Below the pieces are notes generated by a model, which was not told the origin of the DNA, did not search any database, and saw only the letters and a program-made list of their open reading frames with translations. Both the position numbers and the translations under genes were made by a program. A DNA stretch of 64,000 nt from Negaprion brevirostris (taxonomy: Eukaryota), in NCBI GenBank assembly GCA_030324005.1, contig JARDVH010000157.1, positions 11,455,374 through 11,519,373 of the forward strand, given 5' to 3'. Each line of letters starts with the position of its first letter. Position 1 is the first letter of the stretch. Shown piece after piece: positions 23,926-37,000 of this stretch.

Positions 23926-24699
23926 AGACCTTTTATCCCTGGGTAGATTCAGATCCATCTCAGGCTGCTAGAATCTAAAGTAAGGGATGCAACAAGGAAG
24001 CTTCACTTGAGTCTCCACTGGGAACAGGGCATGTGCTAAAGGTGAGATTGACACTGAAGGGGAGATTCCATGCTCAACATGGCCTTAGTACGCAGAAATC
24101 CATATTGGAAAACTACACCTCCCAACTGTGAGGAACATTAATGGATGGAAGATTTCAGAGTGGGCCAAGCAGTATCCCAAATGGATCAACAGTGTGCACT
24201 GAGAGGGGCCAGAATGGAAAATCTCCCATAGATTACCATTCTTAATGGTTGAGTGTAGGAAAGGGAAGAAATGTTCCCTTGGCCCAATAGGATTTTCTCT
24301 TGGGGGTGAGGATAATTTATGTATTGGGGTAGAGCTGCGTGGTGTGATTAACTAACCTGGATTACTTAATGTTGTTACTACAATTCATCCCTCAGCACTG
24401 CTTAATTCAGCATGGATCTTCACAAAGCAAAATGTACTCATAGACAAAAAATGAGCACAAAACAGATCTCCTCAATAACACAAAGTAGACTGAAATAGCT
24501 TAGGAAAAAAATATTTGAAAGACGTGAAGACTCAATTCTAAACTTCTACACCCAATGTACAGCAGCACTGGCAAAGCCAGTGGGATGCTGAACTGTGCAG
24601 CGTAGACATTAGAATACAAGTCAAAGATAGCCATGATCAAACTGTATAGTGCTGTTGGTCAGACAGCATGTTGGAGTGCTGTGTACATTTTGGTCTCAA

Positions 24700-25110
24700 C
24701 TTTTGCTCAGTTGGAACCTCTGAGTGAAAAAGTTACAAATTCAGTTAAGAGACTTGAGTATGTAATCTAGGCTGACACTCCTGTGTAGGACTGAGGCAGA
24801 AATGCACTATTTTTCAGCTGGAATGTTAAACAAGGTCCTGTTTGACATCTTTGGTGGATCTGAATGTCCCAAAGCACTGCTTTAGTGTTCAACAGAGGAG
24901 CCCACCAGATGTGCTGGCATAATATCTATCCCTCATCAGAAATCACTAAAATACAAGTTATCTGGTGATCATCACATTGCTGTTGTGGGACTGAGGCATG
25001 CATTGATTTAGCTGCCATGTTTCCTGCATTTCAGCAATGACTGCACTTCAAAAGCACTTGCAGCTTGGGTGATCTGAGCTCATGAAAGGCACTAACAAAA
25101 CCAAATACTT
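24700..25110 (+). mobile_element. Deu-domain SINE, near full length (preceded by a CR1 fragment at about 24500-24700)
   Basis: ATCTAGGCTGACACTCC..ATGTTAAAC..ATCACATTGCTGTTGTGGGA..CACTTCAAAAG. Confidence 0.78.
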
Positions 25111-25624
25111 TACTGGTCATTGATAAACAAGGGAGTCATTCAAGCACTGCAGCCACTGTAGTGAAGTTCCTCAAAGCTAAATAAAATCAGTCTGGTAAAG
25201 AGGTGCTTGCTTGAGAAGTGATGTTATAGTGGCAGGTAAGAGTGTTAAGGGAATGGCCCTGATAAACTTATAATAAGTTACATATTTGAAAAAGTTACAG
25301 GGACATGAACTCTGGCTGAATTCAGCAGAGTGTAAAATCGGACTGGATATACAACCTGCTATGCACCAGATCCAGTCAGTTTCTACACGGGCAGGTTAGC
25401 TTCATGTTTCTCCTCTGTACTAATAAGTGAATAAATACAGAGAAATATCTGATGACCTTCAGAGATCTCCTAACAATCCTGTTAACACCTGCAGTCTCTA
25501 TTTGAAGAGACAATTTCTCTTATATGGAAACAAATGACAACTTATTAAATGTTATTTGACCATGAAAAATACTTAGAGTGCCATAAATTAAACAATTCTA
25601 CTGAATTGTCCATTTTTATCCTTT

Positions 25625-26290
25625 GATGTCAGCTGTGGATCAGTTAGTAGCATTCTTGTCTCTGAGCTCCAAGTTTAGGTTCCTCTATTGGGTGTGAGCA
25701 TGAAAATAAAAGTTGACACTCCAGTGCAGTACGGAAGGAGTGTTACGCTCTCAGCGGTACCTTCTTTCAGATAAGATGTTAAACAGAGGCCCAATCTGGG
25801 GGCTTGGGTGGATGGCACTATCCTGAAGAAGAGCAGTTGAGTTATCAAACCTGGTGAAATGGCCAATAGGGGTGGCACAATGGCACAGTGGTTAGCCCCA
25901 CTGCCTCACAACACCAGGGACCTGGGTTCAATTCCCGACTTGGGTCACTATCTGTCTGGAGTTTGCATGCTCTCCCCATGTCTGCATGGGTTTTCTCTGG
26001 ATGCTCCAGTTTTCTCCCACAGTCTAAAAGGCGTGCTGGTTAGGTGGATTAGCCATGCTAAATTCTCCTTCTATGTACCCGAAAAGGCGCCGGAGTGGTG
26101 ACGAGGGCATCTTCACAGTCATTTCATTGCAGTGTTAATGTAAACCTACTTGTGACACTAGTAAATAATCTAAAACAANNNNNNNNNNNNNNNNNNNNNN
26201 NNNNNNTCCTACATTTTACAACAGTGACTGTAATATGCTGTGAGACTTCCAGTGGTTGTGAAAAGTGCTATAGAAATGCAAGTCTTTTTT
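25625..26290 (+). mobile_element. Deu-domain SINE interrupted by an alternative-tail V-SINE (25869-26178)
   Basis: Deu SINE runs to GGCCAATA, then the V-SINE, then TCCTACATTTTACAACAGTGACT...AAATGCAAGTCTTT after a short gap. Confidence 0.8.
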
Positions 26291-28737
26291 TAGTCAGTCA
26301 ATCGAATGTAAGGTGAAAAAGGACTTGAGTCGTCCCTACATTGCGTTGCCTACTGGTCAGACTTTGTAACTATATTAGAGCTACTGTTTACATACAGAAT
26401 TAAATGTTTATATAAGCAGTGTTAGTATTAAAAATTGATATAAAGGTGTGACCTAAAACCATGACAACTTAAGGCTGAATGGAAAATTGACATGCACACA
26501 AGATTTTTAATAACACATAAAAGCAGATACAAGGATGGAGTGAAGAGTGACATTTACATGGATTGTGCTGCCCAAAGTTCCCAAGATAACTGCCTATCAG
26601 AACCCTGAGAGTACAAGAATGTGATACTCCTGGAGGGGACACCACAGAGAATACCACAGGACCTATGATTTAAATTGTTTGGCCAGATGAAATGTTGTGA
26701 GATAATATTAATGTACTTGTATGAAATTAATCTGTCCGATATTTTAATGAAAGTTTTAAGCCATTTAAAATATGGTGGAAAAAGTCCTCTCTTGGGTGTG
26801 TCAATTCCAATACAGTTGGTAGCTGTGCGCTACTATCATAAATTTACACTATTCAGAATTTTATGGCATTGTTATCTCTGCTGCACTAAATCACGTGTAA
26901 ACACTCATAGATTAGGTTTCTACTGAGGCTTTTAAAAACTGCCATTCTGTAGGTGCCTCAGGGACTAAAATAGAGCATTGGTGATATAGCTTCACAGTGG
27001 ATATATTTATCGAAGCTGTCTTGTCTTGTGGGGCTAACATTGACATCAATGCTGGTGGCTGGTGATAGGGGACCTAGCTCAGCACATTGTGAATGTAGGC
27101 ACAGGAGCTCATTACTGCTCAGTACAATGACTGACCCTTCAGAACAGCTCCATCTCTTTGTCCTTACAGGGAATTCAGAATCATTTCTAGTTTACTTTCA
27201 TCTGAGATAACTCCTGATTTAATGAAGCCAAAAGTCAGTGTAACTTTCCCTTACGTAGCTCAGACAGTTAAAGGTTTCTAATGTTGAGTTGAACCATATA
27301 GATTAAGAAGATAAATGCCCAGATAAAGGAGGATATTTGGTCCATCTGCTTCATTCTTCAGTCTAAATCCTGTTCAAATCCTGATCTCAGCTTCAGAGTT
27401 GAAGTCGGTTTCCTCGATGAAGGAAGGCGAGGGTTCATTCTTCCACCATTGGCCAATCCTATCTGTAAATTGTGACTAGTCAGGGCGAGACCTGACCTGG
27501 GAGAGATGTCTTCCATGGTCAACAAACCAGATATTCACAAACTAGGCTTATATATGCAGAATGGCTAATTACTTGCGTCAAGAGATTGCGGTTGGTGCCT
27601 CTGGAGTTATGCTCTACATAAAGTCAATGTTTTTAGGGAAGGAGGATGATTACAGGCAAACCAACCCAGACAAAGAATAGTCTCATTTGCTGCCACCATG
27701 CTCTGTTTCGAGTGAATTATTTCCACTGATCTAATGCCAGATTGCATCTTGTATAACTATCACCAGGGAGCGCAGGATCTAAAAGCATCGCACTGTTGCG
27801 TATTTTGATTATGACAGGTCTGTGTGAAGGTCTAAAGCCTGGATGAAGGCCTAAGGCTTGTTGCTAGACACCAGGGGTAACTGCCAGGCTACGAGGTCAG
27901 CCTTCTTCAGACGACAGCGAAGGTCCAGAACTTTTTTTGTATGTAAGAGCTTATATTTACGGACTAGTTGACTGTCGTCTCACACAGGCTGAGGAGAAAT
28001 CATCAAAATTTAACATAAAAATGAAGGGTGCAAGCCGCATCACAGCAGCTTGCATTCAATGTTGCCACAGGACATCAACTAATCTCGGGCGGGAAATTGG
28101 CCAGCCCTGGTGCACATAAAAAGGGGGAACGGTGGCAGTATTGATAAAGGAAGGCATTACAGTGTAGGAGAAAGAGGGTATTCAAGAGGGATCAAGGACA
28201 GAATCTATTGGCTAGAGTTTAGGAATAAAAAAGGTGCAATTACATTGCTTGATTTAACCTATAAGCCACAACTAATGGGAAGGTGACAGATGAACAAATT
28301 TGCAAAGAAATTACAGAAGAATGTAAAAATGATGGGAGTACTTATAATGGGGGACTTTAATTCTCCAAGAATAGACTGAGTTAATAGTGGTCTAACTGGC
28401 AGAGAAGGGCAAAACTTTCTAGAGCGTGTTCAAGAAGTTTCCTTCAGCAGTATGTTTCCAGTACAATGGGGGAGGCGGCATTGCTAGTTCTGGTTCTTGG
28501 AAATAATGTGGGCCAAATAGATTAAGTGTCAGTGGATGAACGTTTGGGGGACAGCAATCATTGTATCATAAGGTTTAGCCTGACTATGGAAAAGGACAAA
28601 ACAAATCCAGAGTAAGAAGAATTAAGCGGGTGAAAGCCAAAGTCAACAGGAAAAGAAAGGATCTGAATCAAATAAATTGGAGTCAAACGTTGGCAGGAGA
28701 AACAGTAGCTGATCAATGGGCTATCTTCAAGTGTTAG

Positions 28738-28962
28738 TCTCACAATGCCAGGTTAAAGTCCAACAGGTTTATTTTATATCACGAGCTTTTGAAGAACTGC
28801 TCCTTCATCAGTGATTTACTCACCTGTTCCTTCAGTAGCCACTCACGTGATGAAGGAGCATTTCTCAGAAAGCTCGTGATACCAAATAAACCTGTTAAAC
28901 TTTAACCTGGTGTTGTGAGACTTCTTACTGTGCCCACCCCAGTCCAATGCTGGCATCTCCAT
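28738..28962. mobile_element. Palindromic PLE-derived mini-element (225 bp) with two degenerate hammerhead motifs
   Basis: Arms are inverted copies of the PLE terminus seen at 48241-48380; perfect 12-bp TSD TTCAAGTGTTAG (28726-28737, 28963-28974). Confidence 0.9.
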
Positions 28963-29207
28963 TTCAAGTGTTAGGACCTTTGCTTTTTGTGATATGTATT
29001 AATAACCTAGACCTTGGTGTACAGGTACAATATCAAAGTTTGTGGATGATACAAAACTTGGAAGTGTAGTGAACTGTGAGGAGAGTGGTGTAGAAATTCA
29101 AAGGAACATAGACAGGTTGGTCAAATAGGTGGATAGGGGGCAGATGAAGGTCAATGCAGAGAAACATGAGGTGATAAATTTTGATAGGAAAGAACATGAG
29201 AGACAAT

Positions 29208-30077
29208 GGGGAGGGGATATTTTTTGCACCTATTTTATTAGCGACAGGAACAGAAAATCCCACAGGAGTCCCAAAATGCAGTTTATGCCGATCAGTTTTC
29301 CTGTAGCAATTGTCCACGATTGCCACCCACCCCCCTCCTCCACCCCCCCCAACCAATGATGCAATGGTGTATTGGGAATCCTGACTTTCAAGATTGGGAT
29401 ACCAATTTGAATATATTTAAATGTAATTATCAAGGTTCTATGCCTGAGAATTCTCCCCGTTAGATTTTCCATTCACGTCAGCTTGAGGGGATGCCGATGT
29501 AAATCACCACAGGTCTCCCAGGGTCGACACTTTGTAAGCAGAACCCACCTGAGGAACTCAGGTGAGTGCATCACTCTATGGGGACACTGCTAAGGAGCAA
29601 TAGCAGGATGCAGTGCCCAGGGATGACTCTCTCCTCCCCTGAGTGATGTTGAGGGTAGGAGTGAGGAAGGGTGGTGGGGTATTCTAATTTTAACTTTTTG
29701 TATGGCACCTCAATCTATTTAAACCTAAGTTGCTGGTGGGCAGGCCCAATCAGAGCTCACCCCCCCAGTGTGATATAATGCAACTCAACCCTTGGATTTT
29801 TTTCAGTTTCCCTAAGTGGCGGGGGAAACTGTTATTAGAATCATAGAATCCCTACAGTGCAGGAGGAGGCCATTTGGCCCATTGTGCCTGCACCGGCAAC
29901 AATCCCACACCGGCCCTATCCCCATAACCCCAAATATTTATCCTGGTAGTCCCCCCGACACTAAGGGCAATTTAGCATGGCCAATCAATCTAACCCTCAC
30001 ATCTTTGAGTTGATTTCTTTCACGTCATTTTTCATCCCTGCTGTAACATACTGCAAAAAACTGAGAACATTCTGCCC
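29208..30077. mobile_element. Harbinger-like non-autonomous DNA transposon containing a minus-strand HE1 SINE fragment (29836-30008)
   Basis: GGG... and ...ATTCTGCCC termini; 3-bp TSD AAT (29205-29207, 30078-30080); CR1 sequence continues across it. Confidence 0.75.
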
Positions 30078-30947
30078 AATACAAAATAAAGGGTACAACT
30101 CTGAAAGGGGGGTCAGGAGCAGAGGGATGTGAGTGTATATATGAATAATCATTGAAGGTGGCAGGAAAGGTTGAGGAAGTGGTTAACAAAGTATATAACA
30201 TCCTAGGCTTTATCAGCAGGAGCACAGAGTATAAGAGCAAGGAGGTTATGTTGAATTTGTATAGGCCACCACTTTGGCCTAAGCCAAAGAGTATTTCATC
30301 CACTTCTGAGCATTGCATTTTAGGAAGGATTTGAGTGCATTTGAGAGGGTGCAGAAGCAATTCATGAAATGATTCCAGGGATGAGAAACTTCAGTTGTGA
30401 AGATAGGATTGGAGAAGTTAAGATTGTTTTCCTTTGAGAAAAGATTGTTGGGAGGAGATTTGAAAGAGGTATTCAAAAGCCATGTGGAGTAGATAGGGAG
30501 AAACTGTTTCCATTTGTGAAGGGATCAAGAATGAGAGGGCACAGATTTAAAATAATTTGCAAAAGAAGCAAAAGCAATATGAAGAGAAACTTCATATAGT
30601 GAGTTTGGAATGCATTGCCAGGTGGAGGCAGGTTCAATTGAAGCATTCAAAACGGAATTAAACTGTTATCAGAAATGGAAGAATGTGGAGGGTTACGGGG
30701 AGAAGGTAGGAGAATGGCACCAGATGAATTGCTCATTCAGAGAGCCATTGCAGACACGATAGGCCAAATGGTTTCCTCGTGCACCATAACAATTCTGTGA
30801 TTCTGTAACATCTCCATGGTGGGTAACGTCTTGTCGCCTCCCCTGTCTGAAATGTGACCTCAATCATGGAGGTCACCAGATAAGAGCCAAGAACTTCTGG
30901 AGCAGAAAAATGGTTTCCTAAAAGAAACCCAAATGTGTACAACATCA

Positions 30948-31088
30948 ATGTCCAAGACCAGTGTTCAAGGACCAGTGTACAAGGTTAGTGTTCAAGGAGC
31001 AGTGTCCAAGACCAGTATTCAAGGACCAGTGTTCAAGGCCAGTGTTCAAGAACCAGTGTCCAAGACCAGTGTTCAAGGACCAGTGTTC
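30948..31088 (+). repeat. Minisatellite of alternating 13/14-bp units (27-bp higher-order period)
   Basis: GTGTCCAAGACCA / GTGTTCAAGGACCA repeated about 5 times. Confidence 0.95.
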
Positions 31089-31664
31089 ATGTTCTATCCT
31101 TGGTCTTGGTTGTGTTGGCTGATCTCATTTGGAGAGATCCAATTAAAGTTCTCAACTTCTGAAGGTTTTGTCACAGGACTGCCTACCTCCAACTGTCCGG
31201 CTGAGCAGACGTTTTCTCCAATATTGTTTGTAACTAATAATTCCCATTTTTAAAAAATGAAAAAGAGTAAATATCACTTTTTTTAATGCCCCATGTAATT
31301 TCTTCCAGCGTTAGGTTTGCTTGCAGAGGTATGTAGGAGATTATTCTTCACTTTCTGAATGTTCCAGGAGAAACTTGGAAGTTTAACAACCTCAACTGTA
31401 GTGAGGGTCAATTATCTATAGTGAAGAATACCATCAAGTTGAAGAGTAAGAGAAAAGACAAAGCAAATCAGAAAACTAAATAGGTGGCACCAAGAAACAG
31501 AAAATCAGAAACATTTCAAAGTGATTGTAACACATATAATAGAGTTGAAGGGAACAGAATTAACAAGGTTTGTCTGTTAAATACCAGAAGGCACTGAAAC
31601 AGCTTAGTTGGAAATAATAATGTCTCAAAGAGAATATTGTGGGACCAAGTTCAGCAATAGAAAG

Positions 31665-31845
31665 AAAAGACTCATATTTCTACAGTGCCTTTGACAAGCT
31701 CAGTCATTTCACAGTTATTAGATAGCTAGTGAAATCCTTTCTGAAGTGCAGTCACTGTTGTAATGTCAGAAATGTGGCAGCAAATTTGTAAATAGCAAGC
31801 TCCTATAGGCAGCAATGAGATAATGACGGGATAACTATTTTCAAT
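31665..31845 (-). mobile_element. Deu-domain SINE 3' fragment
   Basis: GAAGTGCAGTCACTGTTGTAATGT..CAGCAATGAGATAATGAC. Confidence 0.72.
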
Positions 31846-33701
31846 ATCGATGCACCTTGGCCCTTGGCTCTCCACTTAGATATTCTCAGCTTTAAAAGTC
31901 GGCACTGGCTTTCCCTCAACAACACTATTACTAGGGCCCCTGTCCAACAGCAGATGGCAATGTGCTACTGCAACAATATTCTGCCTGTATTTCCACAGTG
32001 CCCTCAACATCTGGAAATGCTTCTGGTGATATAGTGTCCTCTTACTGGGCAGGAATGAGCCTAAGTATTTTACTCATTGACTATGAAACCTGATCCATAG
32101 ATATACTACCAAGGACTTAAGTCAAACCAGAATGCCTGTTAAATCATTATCTGTCTGGGTCTGGAGGTAGTTAGGGGTATCCTACTATGAATTAAATGTA
32201 AAGTGACGTTCTTCTGTCTAGGAATCTTTGCCTTCAGTTAAGCTGTGTTGGTGGTAGGCTGACTACTCATATTCGTCTAAGGTCTCCTTCAATCCCTAGT
32301 AACTCACTCCATCAAAGCTGAGTGAGAAGGCCATCTCACAGGCCCCTTTTGAGGAGACCCCAAATGTTTTGTCTCCTTTAAGTTCCTGAGCACTACTTTC
32401 GTGTCAGTGATTTGCACAAAACAAAGCAGAGTAAATAAATAATATGTTGTTGTGTCCCCCAAATGCTTTGATTTCCTATTAATTATTAATAAACAAGCAC
32501 TCTGGCGTGAATATAAATTGTTGTGAATTGCCACTCCATGTTGGCTATTGAAAAAACATACTTATTTATTTATTCATGGAAAAGTGGATGAAAAAGCACA
32601 TTGTTTTTAAGATGGAAAACTCTGGATTCGGAATATCAGAATGACACAACAGTGGTGGAGGGAAAAGGGCAGCTTTCCAAGGAGTAGTCTGCTGTAAATT
32701 GGAGAATGCACACATTTCTGAAAGGTAAGAATATTATCATTCCAAGAATGTAAATATACATTACCTCAAAGGTTACAATCTCCATTTACGACATCAGGTT
32801 GGATCCAGGAGTTTGTCCTTGTCATTTTAGACTGACTGAAGGTTAACTTGTCAGTTTTCTGCCCACCTTTTCTGCAGATGCCTGAAAGGGTACAATTCTG
32901 TAGACACTGGCAGCTTTCCCTTACTATGCCCCAGCAACTGTTCTTCACATGTGACTGTAGGCAGTAAGTGTTATATGGCTTTTGACTGTGGAGGTCTCCT
33001 GAGCATATTCTTGACATCAACAGAATTTTGCTTTCCAGGGGAAGTCATTGCATAGCACACAAGGTCAATTGATTCTGTACCTCACTAATCAAAGGATGTT
33101 CAGGCAGATGAAAAGTATCTCAACTTCTGTCATTGTTGAGAGAAGCCAACTCAACACAAGTCAGGTATAAAATGTGGGACCTATCTACTCTGTTTCACAT
33201 CAAGTGCTGCATTTACTCATGAAATAATAAGCTTAATGAATGTTCATTAATGAATTAATGTGTCATGCCTTTATCAGTCCTCCTGCTAGTAGTGGTTAGG
33301 TATCTTTTCATTTTAATTATTGCCATCCCCCACCGTCATTACTAATGACTACGAGAAAGACTGTAACAAATTAGGGCTGGTCACATTCAACAACAGAACA
33401 TGGACTAATGTGGTATTCTTAAGAATGCAAATGTAAATTGTGTCAACCTGAGGGTGAAAAAACATCCAGGAGGGGTTAGAAGACCTGGGGAGGTGGCCAA
33501 AGGTGAGATCAAATAGGTTTGGAGGTGGCTTTTTTAAGTTAGAAGAGATATATTAACAATAAGAGATTTAGGAAGAAAATTCCAAAGTATAGGACAGTAA
33601 GGATATTGTGTATGCATCTAAGACCCTCTCGGAAGAGACATGGTCCCAGACTGAGAAAGAGGGATTGGCAGTTGTTTTCGGTATTAAAAAATTCCATCAA
33701 T

Positions 33702-34015
33702 GGGGCAGCATGGAGGCACAGTGGGTTAACACTGATCCCTCACAGTGCCAGGGACCCAGGTTCAATTCCTGCCTCAAGTGACTGTGGATTTTGCACGTTC
33801 TCCCTGTGTCTGCATGGGTTTCCTCCCACAGACCAAAGATGTGCAGTTAGGTGAATTGGTCATGCTAAATTGCCTTTTAATGTTCTAAAATATATAGGTT
33901 GGAGGATTGGTGGGGTAAATATGTGGGGCTATGGGGATAGGGCCTGGGTAAGATGCTCTTTGTAGCGTCAGTGCAGACTTGATTGGATGAATGGCCTCCA
34001 TTTCACTATTGGGAT
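33702..34015 (+). mobile_element. HE1-like V-SINE with CR1 tail
   Basis: Head, V-domain and tail. Confidence 0.9.
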
Positions 34016-37000
34016 ACAAAGATCCTTGCTTATTTAGCATTTTGAAAATTGCAGTCACTTTTATGCTCATTAAAGTTAAAATTATTGATTAGAATATTTG
34101 ATACATGTTTTCAAACATTTGTTTATCCATATTAGCAACAAATTTGAACACACAACCTTCAGATCCAGGAAGTCTGGAGAGCATTGTCCTGTAAACATTG
34201 GGCAAAGTGAATCAGATAAAGACTGTCCAAACTTAATTGAAGTTTTACAGCTGAAAGACAGAGGATCTTTCTCCCATCAATTGAGACAGTATCTGTCTAG
34301 AACTAAAATAGCATTGTACACTATCCAGTACCCGGGATTAAAAGGTTTAATGAGTTATTTAGGCTATTTCTATTTTTACCTACATTTCTTGTATATGCTG
34401 TTCTTCAGAAACTTGTGCATATTGATGTTGTGAACAGAAAAATCCTTGAAAAACAGCAAAAAGACCCGATGTCCAAAAGATAAAATCTGATTAATGTATT
34501 TGAAATCATGGCTAGAAGGTTTAAAATGTTCGGGAAAAAAAACAATTTCTCCATAATTGAAATACAATTGCCCTTCCAATATTGCTAGTAGTATTGACAC
34601 AATTGAAGATCAATGATGAAAACGAACCCATGGCTCTGATGTGAGTGAATAATGAACTTCTTAAGTGAGGAGTTTACAGATGGGGGAATACACAAAAATG
34701 CATCTCTAAAAGTGGCACTTCATTGACATGTACATATTCACATCGCTGTTCTGAAATATTTTGAAACGCATTAATTTAAAAACTGTCTTCATTGTACAGA
34801 TTCCATTTTCCCTTGGGCTGAGTGTTGTCAATGGGAGACCAATAAACGGATCTCCAATACTGCATTGCAGATAGTGGATGCAGCAAATTTGTACTGCCCC
34901 ATGTTGCTTGACATGATAAATGGTTTTGTGTCTTTCAGAGATATTGTGAGCAATGTAGAAACTTATCTTTAGTAATAGTGAAAAACAGATAGGATTTCTT
35001 GGGTCTTCAGTTTTATTCAAGTCAATGAGGCTTTGAAACTTGGCTTATGACAAACAGATGGTTGATATGATATTGTCAGTTTAGCACTACCGTCCATGAC
35101 AAATTTATATCCCTATGGGTCAATACTTACCAATGATGGTACAGAGCAGAGTTTATGGGTGGGTCTGTGCCTATCAGTGCTGGCACAGCATGCACCGTCG
35201 GGGTTGGTGTCTAACAGTGATGGTACAGGATCTAAGAATCAATGCCTTTCAGTTATGGAAAAGGGAGAATCCTATGGATCATTGTCTATCAATGTTGGTA
35301 CAAAGAGGGACTTAATTAGCTTGCAGTTTCTGCTCTATAAATTGTGTTTAAAAACAGCTGAAACTGACGGGTACATTTTTCCACTTCTCTACTGGTTGTA
35401 AAAGTTGTAAGTGAAATGAGTTTAGGGAATCTCAACTGGTTCCCAAATCTATCACACAAAGCCTACCTATTAATCAGCATAGATAGGGCATCACCTGGCA
35501 TTCCAGCCCTCCTGCAGCTAACCCAGGGGGATTGATGCTTACGCTAAGTGCTAAAAGAGTTCAGTTGAAAATTTTCAGAGTCCCTATAATCCATGTGTTC
35601 CAAAAAGAACAACACAGCAAAACACAGAGAATCCTTAACACAAGTTACAGGAGCGATAAAGGGCTTGATTCTAACTGCTAACAAGCTAGCCTAATTGAAA
35701 CCTATCTGGGTATCAATCATGCTTCGAAGCATTGGACTTTAATTAATTAAATAATTAATGTTAATTTGATTACAGAGGACTGCTGTTAACTGTCGACGTG
35801 CTGTGCTGTTCTTCAAAGAAATCCTGCTTTCCTTACCTGGTGTGTCTGCACAATTTTTTTCCCCCATGCATATCTCCTTTTTATTTTTATTTCCCACCTC
35901 CCCCCCCAACCGTCGTTCCTTCCTTCCCAATTATGTGCAGACTGGGGATGTTGAGCAACATACCCCCCCACCCCCCGGCTGGCCAGGGTGTCATTGAGGC
36001 ATTGTGCTCTTCCCTCACACCCTTGACCAGAGTCACAGTGGTGGCTTGGCAGCCACGGTTTATTCCAACAAAACTGGTAAAGCTTCAGAACATGCTCTAG
36101 ATGCAGGGAACCCATGCACTACCCTCAGCTGGACAGTAGACATGGATGCAGCCAATTAGAGGATCATCTCCTGGATGATCACACTGACGGGCACATGGCA
36201 ATCAAGTGCATGGTTGGGACAGAAAATGCCCCCTACACATGATTATTTTTAAAGTTCTTAACACGCCACCCAGTTTGTCTGCAGTAAGTTGTTTCTCAAA
36301 GTCATGAAAATCATGCTTTGCTCCTGGTGAAACAAGAGTTTTATTATAATCTTTATAGACATCTCAAATCAGTCATGATGACCAATGCACATTGCTCTNN
36401 NNNNNNNNNNNNNNNNNNNNNNNNNNNNNNNNNNNNNNNNNNNNNNNNNNNNNNNNNNNNNNNNNNNNNNNNNNNNNNNNNNNNNNNNNNNNNNNNNNTA
36501 CAGTATAGTCCTTCAACATACAGCAATAATATTAGTTCTATTCTCATCTGCCTGACCCTAATAGAACAGCTTTATTTTGGCAAATGAGTATCAATGGTAG
36601 GTGCCATTGACTATTCATTTATGTGGGGTTTTGCAGTAGACTTTAATCCTATTCTAGCTCACTGCTTTTAGAAAGCAATTATCTGAAAATTACTATAGAA
36701 AGTCAGAATCAGATTGGCACATGCTACAAGGATATTATCTAATTCAATAAATGTCCTTTGCAATAAATAATACTGGCTAGATGAACGGTGAGGAAATGGA
36801 AAGTTTTTTCATGCAACACATTATTATGATCTGGAATGCACTGCACAAGGACTGTCACTTTCTAAAGGAAACTGGACATATACTTCAGCAAGATGAAATT
36901 TCAAGGTTATAGGAAATTAGGTAGCTCTTTCAAAGAGCCAGCAAAACATTGATGGGCTGAATGGCCTTCTGCATTTTGTGATTCCATGACCCCCAATAAT

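Larger units (their letters stand above)
28120..30805 (+). mobile_element. CR1 LINE (endonuclease plus RT/C-terminus), internally deleted, split by PLE and MITE insertions
   Basis: EN motifs ESIWLEF and IMGDFN; RT motifs VLGPLLFVICINNL and KFVDDTKLG; C-terminus LGFISRSTEYKSKEVMLNLY; CR1 tail near 30800. Confidence 0.9.

Noticed and set aside
30948-31088. CRISPR-like array
   Set aside because: No unique spacers, eukaryotic context, no cas genes
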